A stretch of 64,000 bases of DNA from Mytilus trossulus (taxonomy: Eukaryota). Location: positions 41,106,001 through 41,170,000 of the forward strand of contig NC_086381.1 in NCBI RefSeq assembly GCF_036588685.1. The letters are read 5' to 3'. Under the pieces are notes generated by a model. That model worked only from the letters and a program-made list of their open reading frames with translations. It was not told the DNA's origin and did not search any database. Position numbers and translations under genes: made by a program. This document shows positions 40,977 to 52,500 of this stretch, piece by piece. Positions within the stretch are counted from its first letter, which is position 1; each line of letters opens with the position of its first letter.

Positions 40977-41200
40977 CGGACGACCCCCCCTTGAAAACAA
41001 AAGTCAATGTTCTGTTCGAATTGTGACTGTTAAAAACAAGTTTGTGAGTCCAATGAACCCCCCTTTGGAAATTCCTGGCTACGGGCCTGAAGCCTGGTAT
41101 CTTTGGTGAGTCTTTTGTACACAAAAAGAACATTTGGTGTACTAAATTATAAGCCTGGTATCTTCGGTGATTCTTTGGTAGACAAAAAGGCCATTTGGAG

Positions 41201-41396
41201 TGTCAACGTATATTTGTTCCATCTGGAAACTTTATTATAAACAATGTCATAATACTTGTACCTGTTGGAACAAATATTCTATAATATTTAGTCCATTAGG
41301 AACATCTACTGTAATATTTATTCCTGTGGAAATAATATTCCAGAATAGTTTTTCCATTTGGAACTTATATTATAAAGGAACTTTTATTCCGTGACA
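41201..41396. mobile_element. ~200-bp TGTCA...TGACA element (duplicated at 44495..44690)
   Basis: Short terminal inverted repeats; interrupts a satellite monomer; third copy at 50238..50448. Confidence 0.8.
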
Positions 41397-44245
41397 CTTA
41401 ATTATAAGCCAGGTATCTTTGGTGAGTCTTTTGTAGACAAAAAGGACATTTGGAGTACTAAATTATAAGCCTGGTATCTTTGGTGAGTCTTTTGTAGACA
41501 AAAAGCATGTTTGGAGTACTAAATTATAAGCCAGGTATCTTTGGTGAGTCTTTTGTAGACAAAAAGCATGTTTGGAGTACTAAATTATAAGCCTGGTATC
41601 TTTGGTGAGTCTTTTGTAGACAAAAAGCATGTTTGGAGTACTAAGTTATAAGCCTGGTACCTTTGGTGAGTCTTTAGTAGACAAAAAGTACATTTGGAGT
41701 ACTAAATTATGAGCCTGGTATCTTTGGTGAGTCTTTTGTACACAAAAAGCATGTTTGGAGTACTAAACTATAAGCCTGGTATCTTTGGTGAGTCTTTTGT
41801 TGACAAAAATTACATTTGGAGAACTAAATTATAAGCCTGGTATCTTTGGTGAGTCTTTTGTAGACAAAAAGCATGTTTGGAGTACTAAATTATAAGCCAG
41901 GTATCTTTGGTGAGTCTTTTGTAGACAAAAAGCATGTTTGGAGTACTAAATTATAAGCCTGGTATCTTTGGTGAGTCTTTTGTAGACAAAAAGCATGTTT
42001 GGAGTACTAAATTATAAGCCTGGTATCTTTGGTGAGTCTTTTGTAGACAAAAAGTACATTTGGAGTACTAAATTATGAGCCTGGTATCTTTTGTGAGTCT
42101 TTTGTACACAAAAAGCATGTTTGGAGTACTTAATTATAAGCCTGGTATCTTTGGTGAGTCTTTTGTTGACAAAAAGTACATTTGGAGTGCTAAATTATAA
42201 GCCTGGTATCTTTGGTGAGTCTTTTGTACACAAAAAGCATGTTTGGAGTACTAAATTATAAGCCTGGTATCTTTGGTGAGTCTTTTGTAGACAAAAAGTA
42301 CATTTGGAGTACTAAATTATAAGCCTGGTATCTTTGGTGAGTCTTTTTTAGACAAAAAGTACATTTGGAGTACTAAATTATAAGCCTGGTATATTTGGTG
42401 AGTCTTTTGTAGACAAAAAGGACATTTGGAGTACTAAATTATAAGCCTGATATCTTTGGTGAGCCTTTTGTAGACAAAAGGCATGTTTGGTGTACTAAAT
42501 TATAAGCCTGGTACCTTTGATAACTATCATCCTAATTTAAGTATTCTGACAAAGGGACAACAAAGAAATATATTTCTGTAAAAGTTGGCTATATATAGTA
42601 TGTATTCCAACTAAATAGTTTACGACGACAGACGACGACAGACGACGGATGACGACGGACGCCAAGTGATGGCATAAGCTCACTTGGCCCTTCGGGCCAG
42701 GTGAGCTAAAAATAAATTTGGTGCACTAAATTATAAGCCTGATATCTATGGTTAGTCCTATGAAGGTAAAAAGTACATTTAGTGCAATAAATCATAAGCC
42801 TCAAATCTTTGGTGAGTCTTGTAGACAAAAAGTACATTTGGTGCATTAAATCATTTATAAGCCTGATATCTTTGGTTAGTCATTTGTTGACAACAAGTAC
42901 ATTTGGTGCACTAAATCATAAGCCTGGTATCTTTGGTGAATCTTTTGTAGACAAAAAGTACATATGGTGCATTAAATCATAAGCCTGATATCTTTGGTTA
43001 GTCATTTATTGACAAAAATTATAAGCCTGGTATCTTTGGCGAGTCATTTGTAGACAAAAGAACATTTGATGCTCTTAATTATAAGCCTGATATCTGTTCT
43101 GAGGTTTTTGTAGACAAAAAGTATGTTTGGTGTACAAAATCATAAGACTGATATCTTTGGTTAGTATTTGGAAACAAAAAGAACATTTGAAGTGCTTAAT
43201 TATAAGCCAGGTATCTTTGGTTAGTTTTTTGTAGACAAAAAGGACATTTGGTGTTCTAAATTATAAGCCAGGTATCTTTGGTTATTCTTTTGTAGACAAA
43301 AAGTACATTGGGTGCACTAAATTATAAGCTTGGCTTCTTTGGCGAGTCTTTTGTAGACCAAAAGTACATTGGGTATACTAAATTATAAGCCTGATATCTT
43401 TGGTTAGTCTATTGTAAACAAAAAGAACATTTGGAGTACTAAATTATAAGCCTGGTATCTTTGGTGAGTCTTTTGTAGACAAAAAGTACATTTGATGCAC
43501 TAAATTATAAGCCAGGTATCTTTGGTTAGTCTATTGTAAACAAACAGAACATTTGGAGTACTAAATTATAAGCCTGGTATCTTTTTTGAGTCTTTTGTAG
43601 ACAAAAAGTACATTTGATGCACTAAATTATAAGCCAGGTATCTTTGGTTAGTCTATTGTAGACAAAAAGAACATTTGATGCACTAAATTATACACCTGGT
43701 ATCTGTGGTGAGTCTTTTGTAGACAAAAAATACATTTGGAGTACTAAATTATAAGCCTGGTATCTTTGGTGAGTCTTTTGTACACAAAAAGAACATTTGG
43801 TGTACTAAATTATAAGCCTGGCATCTTTGGTGAGTCTTTTGTACACAAAAAGCATATTTGGAGTACTAAATTATAAGCCTGGTATCTTTAGTGAGTCTTT
43901 TGTAGAGAAAAAGTACATTTGGAGTACTAAATTATAAGCCTGGTATCTTTGGTGAGTCTTTTGTACACAAAAAGTACATTTGGAGTACTAAATTATAAGC
44001 CTGGTATCTTTGGTGAGTCTTTTGTACACAAAAAGTACATTTGGAGTACTAAATAATAAGCCTGGTATCTTTGGTGAGTCTTTTGTAGACAAAAAGTACA
44101 TTTGGAGTACTAAATTATAAGCCTGGTATCTTTTGTGAGTCTTTTGTACACAAAAAGTACGTTTGGAGTACTAAATTATAAGCTTGATATCTTTGGCGAG
44201 TCTTTTGTAGAAAAAAAGAACATTTGGTGCTCTAAATTATAAGCC

Positions 44246-44383
44246 CATACCCGTAGCCAGGGGGGGTTCGGACGACCCCCCCCCTTGAAAACAAAAGTCA
44301 ATGTTCTGTTCGAATTGTGACTGTTAAAAACAAGTTTGTGAGTCCAATGAACCCCCCTTTGGAAATTCCTGGCTACGGGCCTG
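44246..44383. mobile_element. MITE (138 bp), intact copy; the copy at 36122..41089 is split by the copia element
   Basis: TIRs catacccgtagccagg / cctggctacgggcctg; apparent TSD aagcc. Confidence 0.85.
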
Positions 44384-46011
44384 AAGCCTGGTATCTTTGG
44401 TGAGTCTTTTGTACACAAAAAGAACATTTGGTGTACTAAATTATAAGCCTGGTATCTTCGGTGATTCTTTTGTAGACAAAAAGGCCATTTGGAGTGTCAA
44501 CGTATATTTGTTCCATCTGGAAACTTTATTATAAACAATGTCATAATACTTGTACCTGTTGGAACAAATATTCTATAATATTTAGTCCATTAGGAACATC
44601 TACTGTAATATTTATTCCTGTGGAAATAATATTCCAGAATAGTTTTTCCATTTGGAACTTATATTATAAAGGAACTTTTATTCCGTGACACTTAATTATA
44701 AGCCAGGTATCTTTGGTGAGTCTTTTGTAGACAAAAAGGACATTTGGAGTACTAAATTATAAGCCTGGTATCTTTGGTGAGTCTTTTGTAGACAAAAAGC
44801 ATGTTTGGAGTACTAAATTATAAGCCAGGTATCTTTGGTGAGTCTTTTGTAGACAAAAAGCATGTTTGGAGTACTAAATTATAAGCCTGGTATCTTTGGT
44901 GAGTCTTTAGTAGACAAAAAGTACATTTGGAGTACTAAATTATGAGCCTGGTATCTTTGGTGAGTCTTTTGTACACAAAAAGCATGTTTGGAGTACTAAA
45001 CTATAAGCCTGGTATCTTTGGTGAGTCTTTTGTTGACATAAAGTACATTTGGAGAACTAACTTATAAGCCTGGTATCTTTGGTGAGTCTTTTGTGGACAA
45101 AAAGCATGTTTGGAGTACTAAATTATAAGCCAGGTATCTTTGGTGAGTCTTTTGTAGACAAAAAGCATGTTTGGAGTACTAAATTATAAGCCTGGTATCT
45201 TTGGTGAGTCTTTTGTAGTCAAAAAGCATGTTTGGAGTACTAAATTATAAGCCTGGTATCTTTGGTGAGTCTTTTGTAGACAAAAAGTACATTTTGAGTA
45301 CTAAATTATGAGCCTGGTATCTTTGGTGAGTCTTTTGTACACAAAAAGCATGTTTGGAGTACTAAATTATAAGCCTGGTATCTTTGGTGAGTCTTTTGTT
45401 GACAAAAAGTACATTTGGAGTGCTAAATTATAAGCCTGGTATCTTTGGTGAGTCTTTTGTACACAAAAAGCATGTTTGGAGTACTAAATTATAAGCCTGG
45501 TATCTTTGGTGAGTCTTTTGTAGACAAAAAGTACATTTGGAGTACTAAATTATAAGCCTGGTATCTTTGGTGAGTCTTTTTTAGACAAAAAGTACATTTG
45601 GAGTACTAAATTATAAGCCTGGTATCTTTGGTGAGTCTTTTGTAGACAAAAAGGACATTTGGAGTACTAAATTATAAGCCTGATATCTTTGGTGAGCCTT
45701 TTGTAGACAAAAGGCATGTTTGGTGTACTAAATTATAAGCCTGGTACCTTTGATAACTATCATCCTAATTTAAGTATTCTGACAAAGGGACAACAAAGAA
45801 ATATATTTCTGTAAAAGTTGGCTATATATAGTATGTATTCCAACTAAATAATATGTGTTACATTGACATAAATTATTACAATAAAATATCAAATATTTTT
45901 TCCTGGTGATAATTCATTACAAATATATTTGTGAACTGTTTAGGCAATTTTTACATAAAGTTTAACTTTGTCTGATGAATTGTTTTTGAACAGTAATATC
46001 TCTAAAAAAAA

Positions 46012-47028
46012 ACTAGATATCATTGAGATGGAAGCCATCTCTGCGAGCCCCGCTGTCAATAACGTTGGGTAAATAAATATAGTGTGAATCAAAATTGTAA
46101 GCGATGGACAGACCAACAGACAGACAGACCTTTGATCTAGGAAGTTGTACATACATCATGACACACCCTCTGGTGTTGGTTAAAATGGATGTCAAGTATA
46201 ATATTTGAAATCAAAACGGTTCCCAAGATATAGAGCGGACACAATCTTCAACTCAGGACACAGGGTTGTCAACTAAAACCAAAGTTTTTTTTTCCTTGAC
46301 CTTTGACCTAGGAAGTTGTACATTCATCATGACACGGTTGATGATGGTGGTTAAAATGGATGTCAAGTATAAACTTTGAAATCATAAAGGTTATCCAGAT
46401 ATGGAGCGGACACGATCTTTACCACAGGACACAGGGTTGTCAACTGAAACCAAAGTTTTTGACCTTGACCTTTGACCTAGGCAGTTGTACATACATCAGT
46501 TGTACATACACCATGATCACCCTCTGGTGTTGGTTAATAAACATGTTAAGTATTAAGTATAATATCAGAACGGTTATCTAGATATGTAGCGGACACGATC
46601 TTCATCACAGGACAAGGGGTTGTCAACTGAAACAAAGTTTTTGACCTTGACCTTTGACCTAGGAAGTTGTACATACATCATGACACACCCTCTGGAGTTG
46701 GTTAAAATGGATGTCAAGTATAAACTTTAACATCATAAGGGTTCTCAAGATATAGAGCGGACACGATCATCACCACAGGACACAGGGTTGTCAACTGAAA
46801 CCAAAGTTTTTTTACCTTGACCTTTGACCTAGAAAGTTGTACATACATCATGACACGCCCTCTGGTGGTGGTTAATAAACATGTAAAGTATAAAGTATGA
46901 AATCATAATGGTTTTCTAGATATGGAGTGGACACAAAGTTAAAGTGTTACGGACGGACGGACAGACAGACGGACGGACGGACAGACTGATCACTATAGGG
47001 CGACCCGACTTTTAGTCAGGGCCCTAAT
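46012..47028 (+). mobile_element. Helentron/pearl-like element, family 3, with ~5 tandem cores of ~170-190 bp
   Basis: Repeated gaccttgacctttgacctaggaagttgtacatac cores, (ggac)n microsatellite, terminal hairpin tagggc...gcccta. Confidence 0.75.
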
Positions 47029-47314
47029 TTTGATTCATATTTTAATTCTGTGATATCACCTATAATAGCACATAAAAACCTGATTTTATTATCCAATTTT
47101 ATCCAGAGTACATATTAGGTTGTGTGTGAAAAAATTAACGTATGATTTCAATACAATATTAAGGATATATGGTATGAGTGCCTATTAGTAATTTTTTCCA
47201 TCATCCTGGACCAAAGAACTCATATGTGACTGTATCTTTATTTGGAATTATAATTAATATTAATTGTAATAGTGTTAATCATATCACATGACCTTATGTT
47301 ACATGGTCATTAAT

Positions 47315-47430
47315 ACAATTGTCTATTTCCTGAATTTCACTGATCATCAATATACATACACTGTTTGACTGAATATGAATATTCATATATCACATTAAAG
47401 TTTTTCCTGCAGTTTAAACTGCTTCAGATG
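47315..47430 (+). promoter_or_regulatory. Putative first exon of B2 (donor after 47430)
   Basis: Homologous to 14200..14307; atg|gtaagc donor. Confidence 0.5.
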
Positions 47431-48076
47431 GTAAGCTGATTATTTTATTATTTTATTTTTTATAAAATATCATTTTATTTGATTTTGTCTTACCAAAAAG
47501 AGATAAGGGTATAACATAAAGCAATTTACCAGATAGGGACAGTTATAGAAATCTTAAATCATATATACAAGTGAGTAATATGGCAAGCTGTAAAGATTAA
47601 ATGGTTATTGCTTGCATGCTTAACATTTACTGGAATATGAAAGCTTGATAAAGTATAGATATTTCGTGGATGTATAGATTCCCACACTGCAAAAGGGTAT
47701 TACTATATTTCTATATTTCTGCCAAGAACAGATATTTAAGTAGTGAGAAAAAATATTTTTCTCTCAACGATCAAGAAATGTGAAAATAGCACAAAAATTG
47801 GAAAAAAGTCATTCTTGTACTGACATAACTCATTTTAGAAAGGTATGCAAAAGATATATATCCAAAGTAGAAAGAAATTGAAAAAAAGTAAAGGCTCTTC
47901 TTCTAAATACTTTTCATCTAATAATATATCTAATAAAAATTAAAAATATTATGGTTGAGTACTTATCATTTGAAGAAACCAGAAAATCTAAAAACATAAC
48001 GCTTTTAAAAAGTTGGTTCAACTTGCAAAGAATAAATATCTTGGTTTTTTTTGCACAGACAGAAAGGAAAGTAAGA

Positions 48077-49902
48077 ATGACACATGCAGACAAAACACCA
48101 GGGAGTTCAAAACTTGAATCCATCAAGAGAAAGTCTGATGACCCACCCTCATACAATGATGCCATGAGATTTCCTGACAATTACCACAATACATTTCCTG
48201 ACAAACTATTTAAAAGTGAACGCCATACATTTACCTGCCTGAAGGCTATATTTGGTATCTTTTCTGGAATATTGACTGGTGGAATACTGTTTGTTCTGCT
48301 AATCTACAGTTTTGGTTTTGCCTTGGATATAGCTGGATATATATCTATTGGAGTGACAGCCTTAGCATGTCTAGGTCTAGCACTATCTGTCCATGTCCGC
48401 TGTATCGTGGTACTGATGATTCCTAGTCTATTTACTGGTAGAGGAAGGGTAGCCATCTTGGCAGTTATATTGGGACTCCTGTTATCAAGACCAATCAAAA
48501 ACATCTCTATAAATACTTCAGAAGTATCCAGAAGTATGGCCTGTAGTACCGAACTCTTTCAGAATCAGTCACACTCTCTCAGACAACAGCTCCAGGTACC
48601 AATAGAGCAGATTAAAGTAGCCTTGGGTAAACAGGCAGAGGATATAAAGATGTTAGGAACAGCAATAGATAAAGCCATAGAACCAATTTATAATGCTCTT
48701 GTTGCTGTTAAAAAAGGTGTCAAGTTAGTGAGTGGTGCATTGGATACTGCTTCACAGGTAAAATATTAAGCCAGTGTTGCAGTGTATTCAGATTCACAAG
48801 TAAAATTTAAGAACCTTAGTGAGCAGGCTCATATACCCCACATCCCCACATTGTCATTGGAGAAATTAAATAAGTGTAAGGAAAAAAATTGTATAAGAAA
48901 AAATATTGAATAATAATTTCCTGTCAATATCCACATCTACATGCATAGTATGTCCTTATTATTTACAAAATTTCATGAAATTCTGTTGTGTGGTTTCAGA
49001 GTAGTTGAGATGACAAACTGATGCAGAAGTACATTGAAGCAAATAAGTTCAAAGGGGTGTAACTCCTAGAAAAAAAAATGAATCAAAATTTGTTGTCGAA
49101 ATGCACATCTACGTAGTATGTCCTTTATATACAAAGTTTCATGAAATTCTGTTGTGTGGTTTGAGAGGAGTTGAGGTGACAAACTGTGGAAGTAGTACCT
49201 TAAAGCAAATAAGTTCAAACAGGTGTAACTCCTAGAAAAAAAATTGAATCATAATTTCCTGTTGGTATGCACATCTACATAGTATGTCCTTATTATCTGA
49301 AAAGGTTTCGTGAAATTCTGTTGTGTGGTTTGAGAGGAGTTGCGATGACAATCTGTTGCAGTAGTTCATTAAAGTAAATAAGTTCAAAGGGGCGTTACTC
49401 CTAGAAAAAAAATTGAATCATAATTTCCCGTCGATATGCACAACTACATAGTATGTCCTTGTTATCTGAAAAGGTCTCGTGAAAATCTGTTGTGTGGTTT
49501 GAGAGGAGTTGCGATGACAAACTGTTGCAGTAGTACACTAAAGTAAATAAGTTCAAAGGGGCATAACTCCTAGAAAAAAAATTGAATCGCAATTTCCCTT
49601 CAACATGCACAACTACATAGTATGTCCTTATTAAATGAAAAGGTTTCGTGAAATTCTGTTGTGTGGTTTGAGAGGAGTTGCGATGACAAACTGTTGCAGT
49701 AGTACGTTAAAGTAAATAAGTTCAAAGGGAAAAAAATTGAATTGCAATTTCCCGTCGATATGCACAACTACATAGTATGTCAATATTATCTGAAAAGGTT
49801 TCGTGAAATTCTGTTGAGTGGTTTGAGAGGAGTTGCGATGACAAGAAACAGGACTGACGGACGGACGGACTGACGGACGGACGGACGGACGGACTGACGG
49901 AT

Positions 49903-49956
<54 letters not shown>

Positions 49957-52500
49957 AAGTGGAAACCTGACTGCTTCACATGTAGGAGAATTATTCAGTG
50001 ATAGCCCCAGAAAAGTTATAATAGTAGATTGTGATTTTGGAAATATCATCTTGGACTTCAACATTCTTGGTATTTTAACATTTTGTACATTCATCCTGCA
50101 GTGTAAATAACAATATGTATTCAGATAAAGGCAACAGTAGTATACCGCTGTTCAAAACTCATAAATCCATGGACAAAAAACAAAAACAGGGTAACAAACT
50201 AAAACCGAGGGAAACGCATTAAATATAAGAGGAGAACTGTCACGGAATAGAAGTTCCTTCATAACATAAGTTCCAAATGGAAAAACTTTTCTGGAATATT
50301 ATTTCCACAGGAATAAATATTATAGTAGATGTTCCTAACGGAATAAATAGTATAGAATATTTGTTCCGACAGGTACAGTTATTATGACATTGTTTATAAT
50401 AAAGTTTCCACTGGAACTTCTGTTCGGTGGAACAAATATACGTTGACAGAACAACGACACAACACCGAAAGGCAACACACACAGAAACTGACCAAGCATC
50501 AGACAAAATACAACGAGAATAACAAATATAACAACAAAACCAAATACATGAATTTGGGATAGACAAGTACCGTGCCACGTCTTATCTTAATAAGTCAGAC
50601 ACATATGTATTTATTCCTACTCTATATATTTACAGGAGTGTGATAGAGTAATGAATGGTGTGTATTATGACTGTGTAAGAGAGCTCAACAAAGCATACAG
50701 TGCTTGTAAGAATACACTTAATAATGTTAAGAAGTAAGTATCATTAGTAGTACCTCATGTCTCACAGAGCTTTGATTTATTTCTCTATTGTTGAGAGTTA
50801 AACTAAGGTCATTTTCAAACTTTCCTGAACTTAGTTTCTACTTTTGTATGTATTGTATCAATATATTTTCCTACAATATTTGACCAAACTTTCATCATTT
50901 TAACTATTTTCAATATCTATATTTGCATCAGTAAATATTTTTGGTGCATAGATTAATTTCTACTTAATTCACGATGAATCAAAACAAATCTCCCCCTCTT
51001 TTTAGAAGAAAATATTCATATTCTTTTCAGTGGTAAACTCAATAGTTTTCAATGGTAAACTCAATAGTTCTCAATGGTAAACTCAATAGTTCTCAATGGT
51101 AAACTCAATAGTTCTTAATGGTAAACTCAATAGTTCTCAAGTGCACTCAATAGTTCAAAACAATGTGATTAGCCTGTATAAAAAGTTTATACATTGATTT
51201 TGGGAAAATAACAATCAGCAAAAATTACAGTAGCCATCACATTTTTTGCAGGTATGTTCCAGGATTAGATTTAACACCTATCTGTAAAATCCTTGATATA
51301 GAACAGGTCTGTGTTATAGTCAAACCATCTTTTGTATGTTCACCAGTCAAAACGCTTGATAATGCAGCTGAGAAACTAGCAGAATCTGCTGTCAATCTGG
51401 TCAAGGAAGTCAATAAATGGTTTCAACTGAACATCATCAAGAAGTCCCAGATTGACAATGTTTATAATGCTTCTAAAACAGCTAAAGAATTGATAGCGGA
51501 GGTTGATGCCGCCCTAACAGACAAGAAAATAACATTCACTTACATCGTGGAAATTATGAGCAAACTTTTAGCTCTTTCCCTTCTGTTGTTACTAACCCAA
51601 TCATTTTTTTATTTGAAAAATTATCTAGCCAAGGATGAATTTGATAACATTTACATTACTTCCCAGTTTAAGGGTTATGATTCTGAAACACGCGAGAAAG
51701 GACAACAGGGTGTGTTACCTCTTCAAAAGAAGGAAAAGAAACTATACACAGATAGTACATCCTTCATGATGTCTCCAAAAGAAAGAAGTCAGAGTTTGAT
51801 GGGCATATCTCAGCTCCTCCTACATGTGTTACTGAGTGCTCTGATTGTGTTCCTTAACTATGTACTGTTCTATATATTGTTTCTTGTAAACAGGTATGGC
51901 CAGGTGAATGTAGAGGTCACTGGAAAAAGTAAAATAAACCTAAAGGTCAAAGGAGGACAAATGGCTGCCTTAATCAACAATTTTATAAATAACATTAACA
52001 TTGAAAACACGTACGAGGCTAGTTATAATACAACTGTATGCCTGCCAAGTCCTACGCCTCCTGATGCTACGGACATTCCAGTTCTTTGTTCAGCTTACGC
52101 TGCTGCTTTACTCCTGGTTTTACTGCAAGCCTACGGAGCAAGATACAATCGTAAAATATGTGCCTTCTACTATCCTGAACAGGAAATGGAACGTATCGCT
52201 TTTCTGCAGAAGAAAATCATTTACAACCGCAAGGGAAGGCACACTTTTATTAAACAGCATGTTACTTCATTAAAAAAACAAAAGATAGCTGAGCAGAAAA
52301 TGTCTGTTAAACAAATGTTATCTGGGATATGTCCCTGCTTTAAAGTGGAACAAACAGATCTAAAATTCTGTATGAACTGTGGAGCTAACCAAGGGTCTAG
52401 TCGTACATTACAAGCATGTAAGAACACGGACTGTGATGCAACTTATTGTTTGGAATGTTTTTATGATTTTGAACGTGTTTGTCCTATCTGTAGAAAATAA
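48077..52500 (+). CDS. Gene B2: DC-STAMP domain protein, paralog of B1; join(48077..48757,50636..50733,51252..52500), 675 aa
   Basis: Junctions CAG|gtaaaa...ttacag|GAG and AA|gtaagt...ttgcag|G keep frame. Exons 2 and 3 have the same lengths as in B1 (98 and 1249 nt). The ORF-track start at 47951 lies in the upstream intron. Confidence 0.9.
48812..49952 (+). mobile_element. Helentron/pearl-like element, family 4, with 5-6 tandem ~178-bp cores, in B2 intron
   Basis: Repeated gaaattctgttgtgtggtttgagaggagttg cores, (gacg)n microsatellite, terminal hairpin ttataccc.ccgc..gcg.ggggtataa. Confidence 0.75.
50238..50448. mobile_element. Inverted copy of the TGTCA...TGACA element with 4-bp TSD, in B2 intron
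   Basis: gaac|tgtcacgg...cgttgaca|gaac; reverse complement of 41201..41396. Confidence 0.8.
51030..51156 (+). repeat. 22-bp minisatellite (~5-6 copies) in B2 intron
   Basis: Unit tggtaaactcaatagttctcaa. Confidence 0.85.

Larger units (their letters stand above)
33314..45768 (+). repeat. 61-bp satellite array (roughly 90 monomers), interrupted by nested insertions and internally duplicated
   Basis: Consensus ttataagcctggtatctttggtgagtcttttgtagacaaaaagtacatttggagtactaaa. Blocks at 33314-33398, 34586-36121, 41090-42528, 42710-45768. Confidence 0.95.
34499..45850. repeat. Recent ~3.25-kb tandem segmental duplication (copy 1 34499..42617 including the copia insertion; copy 2 42613..45850)
   Basis: Variant monomers, both short inserts and the unique 3' flank recur in the same order. 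The junction at 42613-42617 has AAATA microhomology. Confidence 0.9.

Noticed and set aside
41200-41394. 64-aa ORF repeated at 44494 and related to 50240-50578
   Set aside because: It lies entirely within a short dispersed repeat; recurrence reflects repeat copies, not coding conservation.
34586-45768. CRISPR-like appearance of regular repeat arrays (also 18045-21345 and 26169-27142)
   Set aside because: Monomers are head-to-tail with no unique spacers, there are no cas genes, and the context is eukaryotic and intron-containing.
2327-52500. Assigning A and B specifically to DCST1 versus DCST2
   Set aside because: This cannot be resolved without phylogeny. Both could be a lineage-specific expansion, so gene symbols are left blank.
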